Of a stretch of DNA of 32,000 nucleotides, positions 1 through 8,523 are shown piece after piece (the stretch's first letter is position 1; each line of letters opens with the position of its first letter). The notes beneath the pieces are model-generated. The model was not told the DNA's origin, did not search any database, and worked only from the letters and a program-made list of their open reading frames with translations. The stretch is from Dinoroseobacter phage vB_DshS_R26L. Where the stretch lies: sequence record PP882867.1. The stretch is one strand, 5' to 3'. The position numbers were made by a program, and so were the translations under genes.

Positions 1-13
1 GTCACCGCGCCTC

Positions 14-28
14 GTATAAGCGAGTTAT
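14..28 (-). promoter_or_regulatory. copy of the ATAACTCGCTTATAC promoter-like motif
   Basis: Exact 15-mer match on the minus strand; downstream gene would lie outside the window. Confidence 0.4.
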
Positions 29-369
29 TAGGTGGCGGGTTCGCGGAACAAGGTCCACGACTTGCGCGGTCGCTCGAACACCGCGCCGTTGAGGCCGTCC
101 CCGACGTGCAGGTGATAGTCGGACCGCTCGTCCATGTCGGGAATCTCCTCGACCATGTACCGCGGGATGCCGAGTTCCTTCGCGATGTCCGCGACGAGGC
201 GCTCCTCGCCCTGCCCGAGTTCGTAGCGCGCGGCGAGCGCGTACTTCGCCTCCCGCGCTGCGTCGCCCGGCTCAAGGTGCTTGATGTTGGTCACCGGCTT
301 GTCGTCGATGACCGCAATCCAGTGACCCTCGCCGCGGACCTTCCGTGCTGCTGCTCGTGTCACAGCCAC
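28..369 (-). CDS. hypothetical protein, 113 aa
   Basis: ORF track; tightly packed with same-strand neighbours. Confidence 0.6.
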   Translation of the reverse strand: MAVTRAAARKVRGEGHWIAVIDDKPVTNIKHLEPGDAAREAKYALAARYELGQGEERLVADIAKELGIPRYMVEEIPDMDERSDYHLHVGDGLNGAVFERPRKSWTLFREPAT

Positions 370-806
370 GCCTCCTTGATGTGCTTGTCCACCAGGTCGT
401 TTAAACGCCCGACCATGGCTTTCGCGGATCCCAGGTCCTCCTGCTCGAGCAGGACGTTCTTCGGCACGCCGTCAACGAGCCAGTTGAACTTGTCCTCGAA
501 CAGGTACCAGCCGGCGTCGCGCACGCGAACCCACCAGAACGCAAGACCGCCCGCCTTGCGATGCGCGACGAGCCAGTTGCGTTGATGCGCGAGGCGCGGT
601 TCGTCCTTCGACCCGAAGCGGACGAGCGTCGTCTCGCGTGCGGGCAGCGACTTGATGAACTTCCCCTCCAGGAAGATCGGGAAGCCGTTGAGGCAAGCCA
701 TCGTGTCGGGAATGCCCGGGGACAGCTTGTCCTCGAACCGCTGAACGTGCGCGCCGTTCGCAGTGAGGTGGGTCCGCAGCGTGCGGGTTGAGTTCGTCTC
801 GCTCAT
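360..806 (-). CDS. small PD-(D/E)XK / VRR-NUC-like nuclease, phage type
   Basis: Likely start at MSETNS (cat at 804-806) rather than the track start at 950. The motif GIPDTMACLNGFPIFLEGKF fits a PD...ExK core, followed by QRNWLVAHRKAGGLAFWWVRV. Confidence 0.6.
   Translation of the reverse strand: MSETNSTRTLRTHLTANGAHVQRFEDKLSPGIPDTMACLNGFPIFLEGKFIKSLPARETTLVRFGSKDEPRLAHQRNWLVAHRKAGGLAFWWVRVRDAGWYLFEDKFNWLVDGVPKNVLLEQEDLGSAKAMVGRLNDLVDKHIKEAWL
398..407. repeat. GTTTAAAC palindrome copy (CGTTTAAACG)
   Basis: Exact match; inside the nuclease-like CDS. Confidence 0.8.
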
Positions 807-1114
807 GTCGCCTCCATGTGCCGTTTGAGTTCCATGTAGAAATCTCGCATGTGCTGGTAGGCGTCTGCAAGCGCGGTCGAAGGTGTCGAGCCCTGGCCGA
901 CGAACCGGTACTTGCTCGAGATGGCGATTGCCTGGTACATCGACGACCACTGCCGCGTGATCTCCCAGCCGGGTTTGATCAGCATCGCCTGGTTGCTCAC
1001 GTTCACCGCGAACTCCCAGTCGTCGCCGGTCATGTCGGCCAGCATCTCGTCCTTGTAGGTCGAGGCGGGGACGGGCGGCTTGACGCCTTGATCCATGTAG
1101 TCGGTCATGCCCAC
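803..1114 (-). CDS. hypothetical protein, 103 aa
   Basis: ORF track; start/stop overlap with neighbours. Confidence 0.55.
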   Translation of the reverse strand: MGMTDYMDQGVKPPVPASTYKDEMLADMTGDDWEFAVNVSNQAMLIKPGWEITRQWSSMYQAIAISSKYRFVGQGSTPSTALADAYQHMRDFYMELKRHMEAT

Positions 1115-1374
1115 CGCTCCTTCAGCTCAGTGACGCGCGAACGGAAGTCCTCGAGCAGCGTCTGACGACGCGTCTCCCAGTGATCGAGCACCCAGGACGC
1201 GACGGCCTCAGCCGCCTTCTGCCCGTCGTGCTTGAACCCCGGAAAGAAGACCTCGCAGGTCGGCTTGTCCTCGTGATCGACGAGGAACTGGATGGCCTTC
1301 TCGAGCTCCTCGATCTCGCGGGCGTCGCGCTCCATGTCGCGGGCCTGCGAGCGGATGTCGGATGCGCTCCTCAT
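1105..1374 (-). CDS. hypothetical protein, 89 aa
   Basis: ORF track; overlaps both neighbours by a few bases. Confidence 0.55.
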   Translation of the reverse strand: MRSASDIRSQARDMERDAREIEELEKAIQFLVDHEDKPTCEVFFPGFKHDGQKAAEAVASWVLDHWETRRQTLLEDFRSRVTELKERWA

Positions 1375-1940
1375 TTCTTCAACTCCTCGAGCCAGAACCG
1401 CACGATTGCGGCTTGGGCGACTGCGTCGGCAAGCGCGTTGTGCGCCTGACGACCTGGGTGGGCGTTCTGCTGCATCTCGAAGAAGCGCATCTGCAGTTCC
1501 TCGTCGGTGATGTAGCTGGTGAAGGCGTCTTCGATGGTGCGCACGTCGCGGTGCTTGCGGTACGGGATCGCCGGCTCGACCTTGAACGCCTCAGCGAGGC
1601 TGTCCAGGAGCGCGCCGTCGAAGTGCGGGCCCTTCGTGTAGACGGGCGGGTAGCCCTCGGCCTTGAGCCAGCCGCGCAGCATCTCGATGGCGATCACCGG
1701 GTGGATGTCGTCGCCCAGGAAGGCGTCGCGCTGCACTTGCGCGTCCTGCTGCATCCACCACTTGAGCGTGTCGGCCGAGACGTGCAAGCCAGCGTCGATG
1801 TGCGACTGCACGTCGAGGTTGACCGTGAACGTGCGCTCCACGTCGCCGTTGAGCGACACGGTGCACGCGCCGATTGAAAGGACGACCGCGTTCTTGTGGG
1901 TGGACAAGGTCTCGAGGTCGAGGGAAACTGCAAGGGTCAT
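1371..1940 (-). CDS. DEDD-type 3'-5' exonuclease (Rv2179c/DexA-like)
   Basis: MTLAVSLDLETLSTHKNAVVLSIGA (DxE exo I), GPHFDGALLDSL, HNALADAVAQA (HxxxxD exo III). Start at 1940. Confidence 0.75.
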   Translation of the reverse strand: MTLAVSLDLETLSTHKNAVVLSIGACTVSLNGDVERTFTVNLDVQSHIDAGLHVSADTLKWWMQQDAQVQRDAFLGDDIHPVIAIEMLRGWLKAEGYPPVYTKGPHFDGALLDSLAEAFKVEPAIPYRKHRDVRTIEDAFTSYITDEELQMRFFEMQQNAHPGRQAHNALADAVAQAAIVRFWLEELKK

Positions 1941-1989
1941 TCTGTTCTCCGTGTTGCGGTGGGCGGCGCAGAACGCCGCCCGTGATCGT

Positions 1990-2670
1990 TCAGGCGGCTT
2001 TCGCGCCCGGCGGCAGGCCCAGCGCGTCGTTGAGGCGCTCACGCGCGACGACGGGCAGCAGGACAGCAGCGGCCTTCTCCTCCTGCAGGAACGGCGACGC
2101 GAAGGCCTCGATCTCGGGCCAGATCACAATCAGCTTCTGGATCGTCGAGGCGGTGTCGAGCGTCGCCCGCGTCTGCGTGCGCAGCGAGGACATCTCGCTC
2201 TTGAGGTCTTCGCGGTCGCCCTGGAGCTTCGCACAGCGATCCGAGAACTCGTGCTGCGCCTCGAACTTGGCGAGCGTGCCCCACGAGTAGCCGGGCGGGA
2301 AGTGCCAGTTCTTCTGCTCGCGGTTCGGCGTCGGCTTCCAACCGATCATCGTGGCGTTCTCACGGTACCCGCCTTCGAAGCCGTCGTACCGGTCGAGCTT
2401 CTGCTCCTGGCCGGCGAACTCGGCCTTGAAGTAGGTCTGCTGCGACGACCAGCCCGCGGGCAGCGCGGCGAGCACCTTGCGCAGCGGCGTCTTCGGGCCC
2501 GAGCCGCCATCCACGGCGAGCATCTTCGTGTCCATGATGTGATCATAGACCTCCTGGGCGAAGGTGAGTTCGGCCTCCATGTGAGCCGCGCAGCGAGCGG
2601 CGAAGGCGTGCTGCATCACCTGGTCGGTGATGGCTTCCTTGATTGCAACAGTCAGTCGGGTCGATGCCAT
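1990..2670 (-). CDS. phage protein with N-terminus resembling the Nmad5 (nucleotide-modification-associated) family; otherwise unknown
   Basis: ORF track; N-terminal MASTRLTVAIKEAITDQVMQHAF pattern. Family call is tentative. Confidence 0.4.
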   Translation of the reverse strand: MASTRLTVAIKEAITDQVMQHAFAARCAAHMEAELTFAQEVYDHIMDTKMLAVDGGSGPKTPLRKVLAALPAGWSSQQTYFKAEFAGQEQKLDRYDGFEGGYRENATMIGWKPTPNREQKNWHFPPGYSWGTLAKFEAQHEFSDRCAKLQGDREDLKSEMSSLRTQTRATLDTASTIQKLIVIWPEIEAFASPFLQEEKAAAVLLPVVARERLNDALGLPPGAKAA

Positions 2671-2681
2671 TGGGTGTCTCC

Positions 2682-2828
2682 TTACACGGCAAAGTAGATG
2701 AAGGTCGCAAGCACCAGCGCGGCGATTGCGTACCAGGTGAGCCGCCCGCGAACGAACCGCCGGTAGGCGTCGTCGCGTTCGGATTGCTGCTTCCGCTCTT
2801 CGAGCTTTGCAGACCAGTCGGTTCTCAT
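2682..2828 (-). CDS. small single-TM protein, 48 aa (below the ORF-track length)
   Basis: Manual translation: MRTDWSAKLEERKQQSERDDAYRRFVRGRLTWYAIAALVLATFIYFAV*; sits in the gap between same-strand genes. Confidence 0.5.
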   Translation of the reverse strand: MRTDWSAKLEERKQQSERDDAYRRFVRGRLTWYAIAALVLATFIYFAV

Positions 2829-2829
2829 G

Positions 2830-3033
2830 TCAACCTCCCATCAAGAAACCGAGGACGACCAGGATTCCGAGGATCATCAGCACCGTTTTGATGCTGACCC
2901 ACAGGAAACCGGCCAGAGATCGGCGCTTTTGCGGCAGCGCTTGGGCGTCGATCTCGTTCTGGGTGAGCAGGGGCGGGAACGCAGACGCCGCCTTAGACGC
3001 GCGCTGCTGCGGGAATTGCAGAACGTCGCTCAT
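2830..3033 (-). CDS. small membrane protein, 67 aa
   Basis: C-terminal hydrophobic segment FLWVSIKTVLMILGILVVLGFLMGG. Confidence 0.5.
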   Translation of the reverse strand: MSDVLQFPQQRASKAASAFPPLLTQNEIDAQALPQKRRSLAGFLWVSIKTVLMILGILVVLGFLMGG

Positions 3034-3386
3034 CTGAAGAACCCCGCGACGCGGAACGACGTGCGCTGCTCAGGCAGGGTGACCTCGACTTGCATGTCGC
3101 AGTGATCGGCAATCGCCGCATCGACGTAGAAGTCGCGACCGCCATGCGTCGGGCGCTTCGAACGCGCAGCCGCCTGCAAGCACTTGACCAGGTGCTCGGA
3201 CACGATGGGCTCCAGCGCCTCGGCCGAACGCTCGAAGATGAAGTCGCGGAGATTGTCCTTGACGATCAGGCCGCTCTTGACCTCGTGGAACGACGTCTGG
3301 AACAGCTTGCGCGAGGCCTCCTCGCGCAGCCGCTTGTTCTGCTCTTCGAGCTCTGCGACGCGGGCCGCGAGCGCGTCAACGGACAT
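3030..3386 (-). CDS. hypothetical protein with N-terminal coiled coil
   Basis: ORF track; likely start MSVDALAARVAELEEQNKRLREE at 3386. Confidence 0.5.
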   Translation of the reverse strand: MSVDALAARVAELEEQNKRLREEASRKLFQTSFHEVKSGLIVKDNLRDFIFERSAEALEPIVSEHLVKCLQAAARSKRPTHGGRDFYVDAAIADHCDMQVEVTLPEQRTSFRVAGFFR

Positions 3387-3409
3387 GAGTGTGCGGATTC
3401 CGTTCAGCA

Positions 3410-3634
3410 TCAGAGGAGCTCCTTCAGTCGTGCCGCAAAGTCGGGGTCGGTGGTGATCTTCGTCGCCTGCGTGATCGTCAGGGGCGAGGGGTCATGCCCA
3501 GGGCCGCGGTAGGCCTCGTTGAGCAGGGCCGCGATGGCGTGTCCTCGCTTCGACAGGAGGACGCGTTCAGCGTCGTGGCGCGCTTGCACTTCTGCAATCG
3601 GCACGCCGTTGACGTGAGTGGTTTTCCAGGGCAT
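3410..3634 (-). CDS. hypothetical protein, 74 aa
   Basis: ORF track; start overlaps the stop of the 3634-3789 ORF as TGATG. Confidence 0.5.
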   Translation of the reverse strand: MPWKTTHVNGVPIAEVQARHDAERVLLSKRGHAIAALLNEAYRGPGHDPSPLTITQATKITTDPDFAARLKELL

Positions 3635-3789
3635 CAGTCATTCTCCTTCTTCGCCGTTGCTGTGTAGATGACCTCGTCGCCCTTCACCCGGGCGTCGAAG
3701 GCGGAGACCGTGAACCCTTCAGCTTCTGCTTGCCACTTGGCGCGCATGTACTCGAAGATGCCCACGACCTCCAACTGCTTGGTGATCAC
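3634..3789 (-). CDS. hypothetical 51-aa protein, GTG start, not in the ORF track
   Basis: Manual translation VITKQLEVVGIFEYMRAKWQAEAEGFTVSAFDARVKGDEVIYTATAKKEND*. GTGA overlap with the upstream helicase stop and TGATG overlap with the next gene. Confidence 0.55.
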   Translation of the reverse strand: MITKQLEVVGIFEYMRAKWQAEAEGFTVSAFDARVKGDEVIYTATAKKEND

Positions 3790-5432
3790 GACCCCTCCTT
3801 GGAGGTCGGATCCTTTTCTTCGACCACGCCGGTGACCTCGATCAGGGTCTCCTTCGCACGCGTCACCGCGACGTAGATCAGGTTGCGCTCCTGCTGGATC
3901 TGCCAGTCCTGCTTCGCGAACTTGGACGGCATCAGCGACTCACGGTCGAGCAGGTAGACGTTGTCCCACTCGAGGCCTTTCGACTTGTGCGCCGAGCACA
4001 GCGTGATCAGACCCTTGCCCGCCACGTTGTCCTCGAAGATCTCTTCGATGGAGGCGACGACGTCTTCGACGCGGTCAGCGCCTTGCGAACGGACGCGCTC
4101 GATGATGGTCATGAGCGTGGCGACCTCGTCGGTGATGCGGTCGGCCTTCTGCTCTTGCTCCTTCTTCATCGCCTTGGCGACCTCGCGCTCCTCGTACTCG
4201 CGCAGCTTGGTCTCCAGGCCGTTGACGGTCTTCACCGACTTCCAGCGGGTGGCCAGCTTGACCAGGCCCTCACCGATGTTCCGGCCTTCGATCTTCGCGG
4301 GCAGGCCCATGCGGATCATCTTGAAGCACAGGCCGACCAGGTACTTGTTGTACCGGCACAGGATCGCCGTCTCGCCGTAGGTCGCACGCTCGAGCGTCGG
4401 CAGCGAGTCGACGAAGTCGAGGTAGTGCTGAGTCAGGACCTGGCCTTCGGGCGCGGAGTCGTGCGCGATGATGTGGTCGACCCACTGCTGCGCGTGAGCG
4501 ACGACGGCCTTCGGGCAACGGTAGGTCACCGTCAGGGGCAGTTCGCGGGCGTTGAACGTGTCGCGGATCTGCTCGAGCGCGTCGTTGTCGGCACCTGTGA
4601 AACCGAAGATCGCCTGGTGCGGGTCACCCACAGCGACGAGGCGCGCTTGCGGGCCCATCACCTTGCGGGCGAGTGCGCGGCGCGTCGGGTTGGTGTCTTG
4701 GGCCTCGTCGATCAGGACCCAGTCGAACTGATGCCAGGGGGCAAGGCGCAGGTCGCGAACGAGCGGCAAGTAAACCATGTCGTCCATGTCGATGGATTCC
4801 AGGTCGTCGTTGGAACGCTTCAGGACCGCGCGAGCGAAGTTGATCGCCGTCGTCTCGGTGCCTTCGGGGATCGCGTCGAGCAGGTCGAACGTCTCGAGCA
4901 TGTCCATCCACGCGTTGACGTCCGAGGCGTCGGTGAGGCCGTAGCGTTCAGCGACGCGCTTGCCCACGAAGCCGCGGTTCTTCGCCATCGACACGATGGA
5001 CTCGACCGCGCCCGCGAGTTCGCGCAGGTCGTCGCGACGCTGCTGGTCGGTCGCCTCTTTCTCGGCGATGATGCGGTCGATGATGCGCTTCACCTTTTTC
5101 TCGTCAACGTCGGCGCGCTGACCGCGACCGAGCGACGAGTTGACGAGCGAGAAGCCGAGCGAGTGGAACGTCGAGGACTCGACGCGCTCTTTCTTCTCCG
5201 CGAACTGTGCGCGACGAGCGAGGTCCTTGCGGCCTGCGAGCTTCTCTTGGATCTCGGTCGCCATCTTCTTGTTGTAGACGCCGAACCAGACCTTGCCGCG
5301 CATCTTCGCGATGCCGTTGAGGATCGTGGTCGTCTTGCCCGCGCCCGCGACTGCGTTCAGGATGCAGTTGCCGGTGTTGGTCTCGACCCAGTCGTAGAAG
5401 GCTTGCTGAGCGGGGGAAGGCTTGAAGGTCAT
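3786..5432 (-). CDS. SF1 (UvrD/Rep-like) DNA helicase, 548 aa
   Basis: AVAGAGKTTTI (Walker A), DWVLIDEAQDTNP (Walker B), AVGDPHQAIFGFTGAD, LTVTYRCPK, CSAHKSKGLEWDNVYL, LIYVAVTRAKETL. Start MTFKPSP at 5432 with CAACGGAG upstream. Confidence 0.88.
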   Translation of the reverse strand: MTFKPSPAQQAFYDWVETNTGNCILNAVAGAGKTTTILNGIAKMRGKVWFGVYNKKMATEIQEKLAGRKDLARRAQFAEKKERVESSTFHSLGFSLVNSSLGRGQRADVDEKKVKRIIDRIIAEKEATDQQRRDDLRELAGAVESIVSMAKNRGFVGKRVAERYGLTDASDVNAWMDMLETFDLLDAIPEGTETTAINFARAVLKRSNDDLESIDMDDMVYLPLVRDLRLAPWHQFDWVLIDEAQDTNPTRRALARKVMGPQARLVAVGDPHQAIFGFTGADNDALEQIRDTFNARELPLTVTYRCPKAVVAHAQQWVDHIIAHDSAPEGQVLTQHYLDFVDSLPTLERATYGETAILCRYNKYLVGLCFKMIRMGLPAKIEGRNIGEGLVKLATRWKSVKTVNGLETKLREYEEREVAKAMKKEQEQKADRITDEVATLMTIIERVRSQGADRVEDVVASIEEIFEDNVAGKGLITLCSAHKSKGLEWDNVYLLDRESLMPSKFAKQDWQIQQERNLIYVAVTRAKETLIEVTGVVEEKDPTSKEGS

Positions 5433-5480
5433 TGTTCTGTCTCCGTTGATAGGAGGCGACGAACTGCCGCCTCCCCTCGT

Positions 5481-5509
5481 GTATAAGCGAGTTATTGGTC
5501 GCCTGTCAA
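5481..5509 (-). promoter_or_regulatory. sigma70-like promoter upstream of the SF1 helicase
   Basis: Minus strand reads TTGACA-N17-TTATAC (-35 at 5504-5509, -10 at 5481-5486); contains the repeated 15-mer ATAACTCGCTTATAC. Confidence 0.7.
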
Positions 5510-5716
5510 CACGGTTTCGATCTCGCCCGCAAGTTTGAAGCCGTCGAGGAAGACGTTGTCGATCACCGGAATGTCCACGCGGGCGGTCTTTCCCGACCAC
5601 GTCACCACGAGTTCGTCGCCCTCGGCTCGGATGTCGTGGGCGCCGATGCGGGCCATGAGCGAAGTCCTCACTTCGCCCATGAGCATCGGCACGAGTGCTG
5701 TCTGCGCGTCGATCAT
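5492..5716 (-). CDS. hypothetical protein, about 74 aa
   Basis: ORF track; likely start MIDAQT at 5716 (track start 5743). Confidence 0.45.
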   Translation of the reverse strand: MIDAQTALVPMLMGEVRTSLMARIGAHDIRAEGDELVVTWSGKTARVDIPVIDNVFLDGFKLAGEIETVLTGDQ

Positions 5717-6465
5717 CACGCGAGGTCCACGCTGATCGACCACAGGTCGGTGCTGAGCGCCCGCATCGTCGCGGGATACCAGTTCTCCGCATCGACAGCG
5801 ACGTCCGGGATGGGCAGGAGCGTCTTCGACTCGAGGCGCACGTAGGACGACGACTCAGTCGCCGGACCCTGCGGACGCGTCGAGACAGTCAGGACCGTCC
5901 CGACAAGCGAGTAGACGAACCGCAGTTGGCGACCGTGCTCGCCCAGGAGGTTGATGAAGGCCCGCGGCAGGTGCATCTTGGGCTTCTTCTCGACGTTGGT
6001 GAACCGCACCACGTCGTTGACGACCTCGACGTCCGATCCCACGGAACCAGGGACGGTTTCGGTCGCAGGCGCGTCGGGCACATCGACCACCTCTTCCTCG
6101 GTGACGAGTTGCAGGAAGATCGTGTCGTCGACCACCGTGGCGTTGAACTCGCCTTCGGGCAGGTCAATCGAACCCGGGAGCGCTTCGATGCGGTGATGCT
6201 GCGTCACGAGGAAGGCGGGTTGGTGCGTCTCCGACGCCTGGTCGTAGTAGAAGTGCTTGCCTGCGCCCGAGGCGACGCAAGCGTGGGGAACGAGCTTGAT
6301 CTCGTAGTCGTCGAAGTCGAACCCCGAGCGGTCGACAACGGGCACGGCAAAGTACCGCTCGCTCGTGTCGAACGAAAGCTGCTCGCGCACCGACTTCATG
6401 ATCTTGATGCGGTGCTCCTTGCGGCCGTTCGATGCCTCGTAGATGGTGCTGGAAACGTCAGTCAT
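5716..6465 (-). CDS. hypothetical protein, 249 aa
   Basis: ORF track; ATG at 6465 preceded by CAACGGAG. Confidence 0.65.
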   Translation of the reverse strand: MTDVSSTIYEASNGRKEHRIKIMKSVREQLSFDTSERYFAVPVVDRSGFDFDDYEIKLVPHACVASGAGKHFYYDQASETHQPAFLVTQHHRIEALPGSIDLPEGEFNATVVDDTIFLQLVTEEEVVDVPDAPATETVPGSVGSDVEVVNDVVRFTNVEKKPKMHLPRAFINLLGEHGRQLRFVYSLVGTVLTVSTRPQGPATESSSYVRLESKTLLPIPDVAVDAENWYPATMRALSTDLWSISVDLA

Positions 6466-6491
6466 TTGGTTCTCCGTTGTTACCCGTCTGG

Positions 6492-6503
6492 GCGTTTAAA
6501 CGC
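6492..6503. repeat. GTTTAAAC palindrome copy (GCGTTTAAACGC)
   Basis: Exact match; intergenic. Confidence 0.8.
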
Positions 6504-6504
6504 G

Positions 6505-7011
6505 CTACTTCTTCGCGTCTTTGATCGCCGCGGCCACCATGGTCAACGCGTGCGAATTCTGCATCAGGACGCGGGAGGTTCCCTTCAACGCGTCCTCGGT
6601 CAGCTTGAGGCGCCCGACGTTGTGGGCGACGTAGGACATCTCCTTGCCGTCCGCACGGGAGTGCTGCAAGGCGGTGTCGAGGCTGCTCATGATCTTGTCG
6701 CGCAGCAGTTGGTCGTTGTCCGTCCCGCTCGGGCCGCGGGCAGGCGTGATCGCAGCCACCCACGCGAGTGTCGCGAAGATCAGCGAGTTCAGGACCGCGT
6801 TCAGGTGGACGTCGCTGCGAGGATCGCGCGCCATCTGCTCCTGGGCGATGCACCACAGTCGAGGCGCCACTTCGTTCATCACGGCGTCCATCTCGCCGCG
6901 CACCGCCTCGTTGAGGTAGGCCTGGGTTTCTTCGGCCCCGGGGTTTGCCGCGCGTTCCAGGAACGCGGAAAAGTCGAACACGTTGTCCGAGTTGCCGTTG
7001 TCGTCGCTCAT
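6505..7011 (-). CDS. hypothetical protein, 168 aa
   Basis: ORF track; likely start MSDDNGNSDN at 7011. Confidence 0.6.
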   Translation of the reverse strand: MSDDNGNSDNVFDFSAFLERAANPGAEETQAYLNEAVRGEMDAVMNEVAPRLWCIAQEQMARDPRSDVHLNAVLNSLIFATLAWVAAITPARGPSGTDNDQLLRDKIMSSLDTALQHSRADGKEMSYVAHNVGRLKLTEDALKGTSRVLMQNSHALTMVAAAIKDAKK

Positions 7012-7080
7012 GTCGTTTCCCTTCAGGTTTGCCGCATCGTGCGCGACGATGCGGCGGGGTTCCAAATCAATTCCGAGGAC

Positions 7081-7677
7081 TCACCCGATTGCCAGCATGC
7101 CGCGGCAGTAGGTGTCAGGGCAGCGAAGATCCTCGCCGTTCTCGAGCCACTTCGCGGAGGTGCGGAAGGTGAAGCCGCAGTTGACGCACTCGCACTTGAT
7201 CATGCGGGTGGTTTGCTTCTTCTTGCCGTTGCCCGGCTTGATCGCTGCGTGAGGCAGCGGGCCCAGGTCGCTCAGGATCGGGTCGGCCCACTTGTGCCAG
7301 TCGACGCCCGCGACCGTCGCGGTCGGCTTGCCGACGAGGCCCACGGCGTTCATGCAGTCGACGAAAGGCTTCTTGTGCCCTGCCTCGATCCCGACAGTCG
7401 CGTGGATCAGTTCGTGGGTCAGGACGTCCGCGACGCGCGAGGGGTCGCCCAGCTTCGGGTCGATGAAGATCTCGAACGCGCCGTCCTCGGACGCCTCGTC
7501 GGTCCAGCATTCACCGATGCGCTTGCCGCGTGCGCCGGTCGAGGTGAAGCCGACGGCCATCCGGACGTTCTCCGGGATCTCGTAGCCGTGCTTCTTGAAC
7601 TCGACGCGGGCGCGCTTCGTGAACGCGACCAGCCATTCTTCGCGGGTCTTGAAAGGTGTCTTGCGCTTGCGTGCCAT
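7081..7677 (-). CDS. SprT-like zinc metallopeptidase-domain protein
   Basis: VLTHELIHATVGIEAGHKKPF (HExxH) and a C-terminal Cys-rich segment CECVNCGFTF...LRCPDTYC. Start at 7677 with CAACGGAG upstream. Confidence 0.75.
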   Translation of the reverse strand: MARKRKTPFKTREEWLVAFTKRARVEFKKHGYEIPENVRMAVGFTSTGARGKRIGECWTDEASEDGAFEIFIDPKLGDPSRVADVLTHELIHATVGIEAGHKKPFVDCMNAVGLVGKPTATVAGVDWHKWADPILSDLGPLPHAAIKPGNGKKKQTTRMIKCECVNCGFTFRTSAKWLENGEDLRCPDTYCRGMLAIG

Positions 7678-7694
7678 TGTCTGTCTCCGTTGTC

Positions 7695-7904
7695 TCAAGC
7701 CACTTTGCAGCGGATGCGCCACTCGTCGCGATTGTCAGTTCCGAACCAGCCCTCGCAGAACGGCGCGACCGTGTCCTTCCAGGACTTGTCGGTGTGCCAC
7801 ATGGTCAGCTTGATCAGGCGAGGACCACCAGAGGCCGCGTAAACGGACAGGGTGAGGTCCTTGTTCCAGATGACTAGCAGTGCGCTGGGCTTGCGGGTTT
7901 TCAT
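7695..7904 (-). CDS. hypothetical protein, 69 aa
   Basis: ORF track; CAACGGAG 9 nt upstream and a promoter-like element just beyond. Confidence 0.6.
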   Translation of the reverse strand: MKTRKPSALLVIWNKDLTLSVYAASGGPRLIKLTMWHTDKSWKDTVAPFCEGWFGTDNRDEWRIRCKVA

Positions 7905-7920
7905 CGTCGTGACTCCGTTG

Positions 7921-7950
7921 CTATAACTCGACGTATAAGCGAGTTATAGC
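7921..7950. repeat. perfect 10-bp inverted repeat, 10-nt spacer
   Basis: CTATAACTCG (7921-7930) / CGAGTTATAG (7941-7950). Confidence 0.75.
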
Positions 7951-7960
7951 TCCGGTGCAA
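7933..7960 (-). promoter_or_regulatory. promoter-like element upstream of the 7695-7904 ORF
   Basis: Minus strand reads TTGCAC-N16-TTATAC; contains the same 15-mer. Confidence 0.5.
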
Positions 7961-7972
7961 CCGTTTAAACGG
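7961..7972. repeat. GTTTAAAC palindrome copy (CCGTTTAAACGG)
   Basis: Exact match; intergenic, next to a promoter-like element. Confidence 0.8.
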
Positions 7973-7973
7973 C

Positions 7974-8471
7974 CTAGGGGAAGAACTTTGCGACCGTGTC
8001 CTTCCAGTCGCCGGCAAGCATCGACGACTTCGCCCAGGCTGGCACGGCCTGGGTCACTCGCTTGGGGTCGATCATGTTGCGACGCGCTGACTTGAGGCGA
8101 GACGCGAGGCCATGGATGGCAAAGTCGCGGGCGCGTGTCTGCGGTGCGCGTGTCGTCCAGGGCAACGACCAGACGGGTGGGCGTTCCCAGACGAGCAGGT
8201 CGTCGTCGATCACGAACTCGGCGTCCGCGACGCAGAACGACGGGATCCAGGGCTCGAGCGCGCAGAACGACACAGCACGCGAAAACCCGGCAGCCCTGTA
8301 GGCGCCGGGTTCTCGACACTCGTGGTGCCCGTCTGGCTCTTTCGCGAGGTAGATCGACTTCTCCTGGTAGATCACGTCGAAGCGTGCGCCCAGTTCGAAG
8401 TAGTCGGAATTCTCGTCCGTCGACTGGATCGTCGTCCGTCCGTTTAGTCGGTGTGCAATTCTCAAGTGCAT
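7974..8471 (-). CDS. hypothetical protein, 165 aa
   Basis: ORF track; likely start MHLRIAHRLNG at 8471. Confidence 0.5.
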   Translation of the reverse strand: MHLRIAHRLNGRTTIQSTDENSDYFELGARFDVIYQEKSIYLAKEPDGHHECREPGAYRAAGFSRAVSFCALEPWIPSFCVADAEFVIDDDLLVWERPPVWSLPWTTRAPQTRARDFAIHGLASRLKSARRNMIDPKRVTQAVPAWAKSSMLAGDWKDTVAKFFP

Positions 8472-8523
8472 AGGATCAGCCCTCCGTTGATCCTTCGACC
8501 TTATGCACAACGCGCGGCAATTG

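Noticed and set aside
3987-5486. Plus-strand ORF of 499 aa
   Set aside because: Antisense to the SF1 helicase.
5433-5792. N-terminal extension of the helicase ORF in the track (start 5792)
   Set aside because: Extension is Arg-rich and crosses a strong promoter-like element and another gene; MTFKPSPAQQ at 5432 has a ribosome-binding site.
5695-7842. Very long plus-strand ORF (715 aa)
   Set aside because: Antisense to several well-supported minus-strand genes; low-complexity Arg/Val/Leu/Ala-rich translation typical of shadow ORFs in high-GC DNA.
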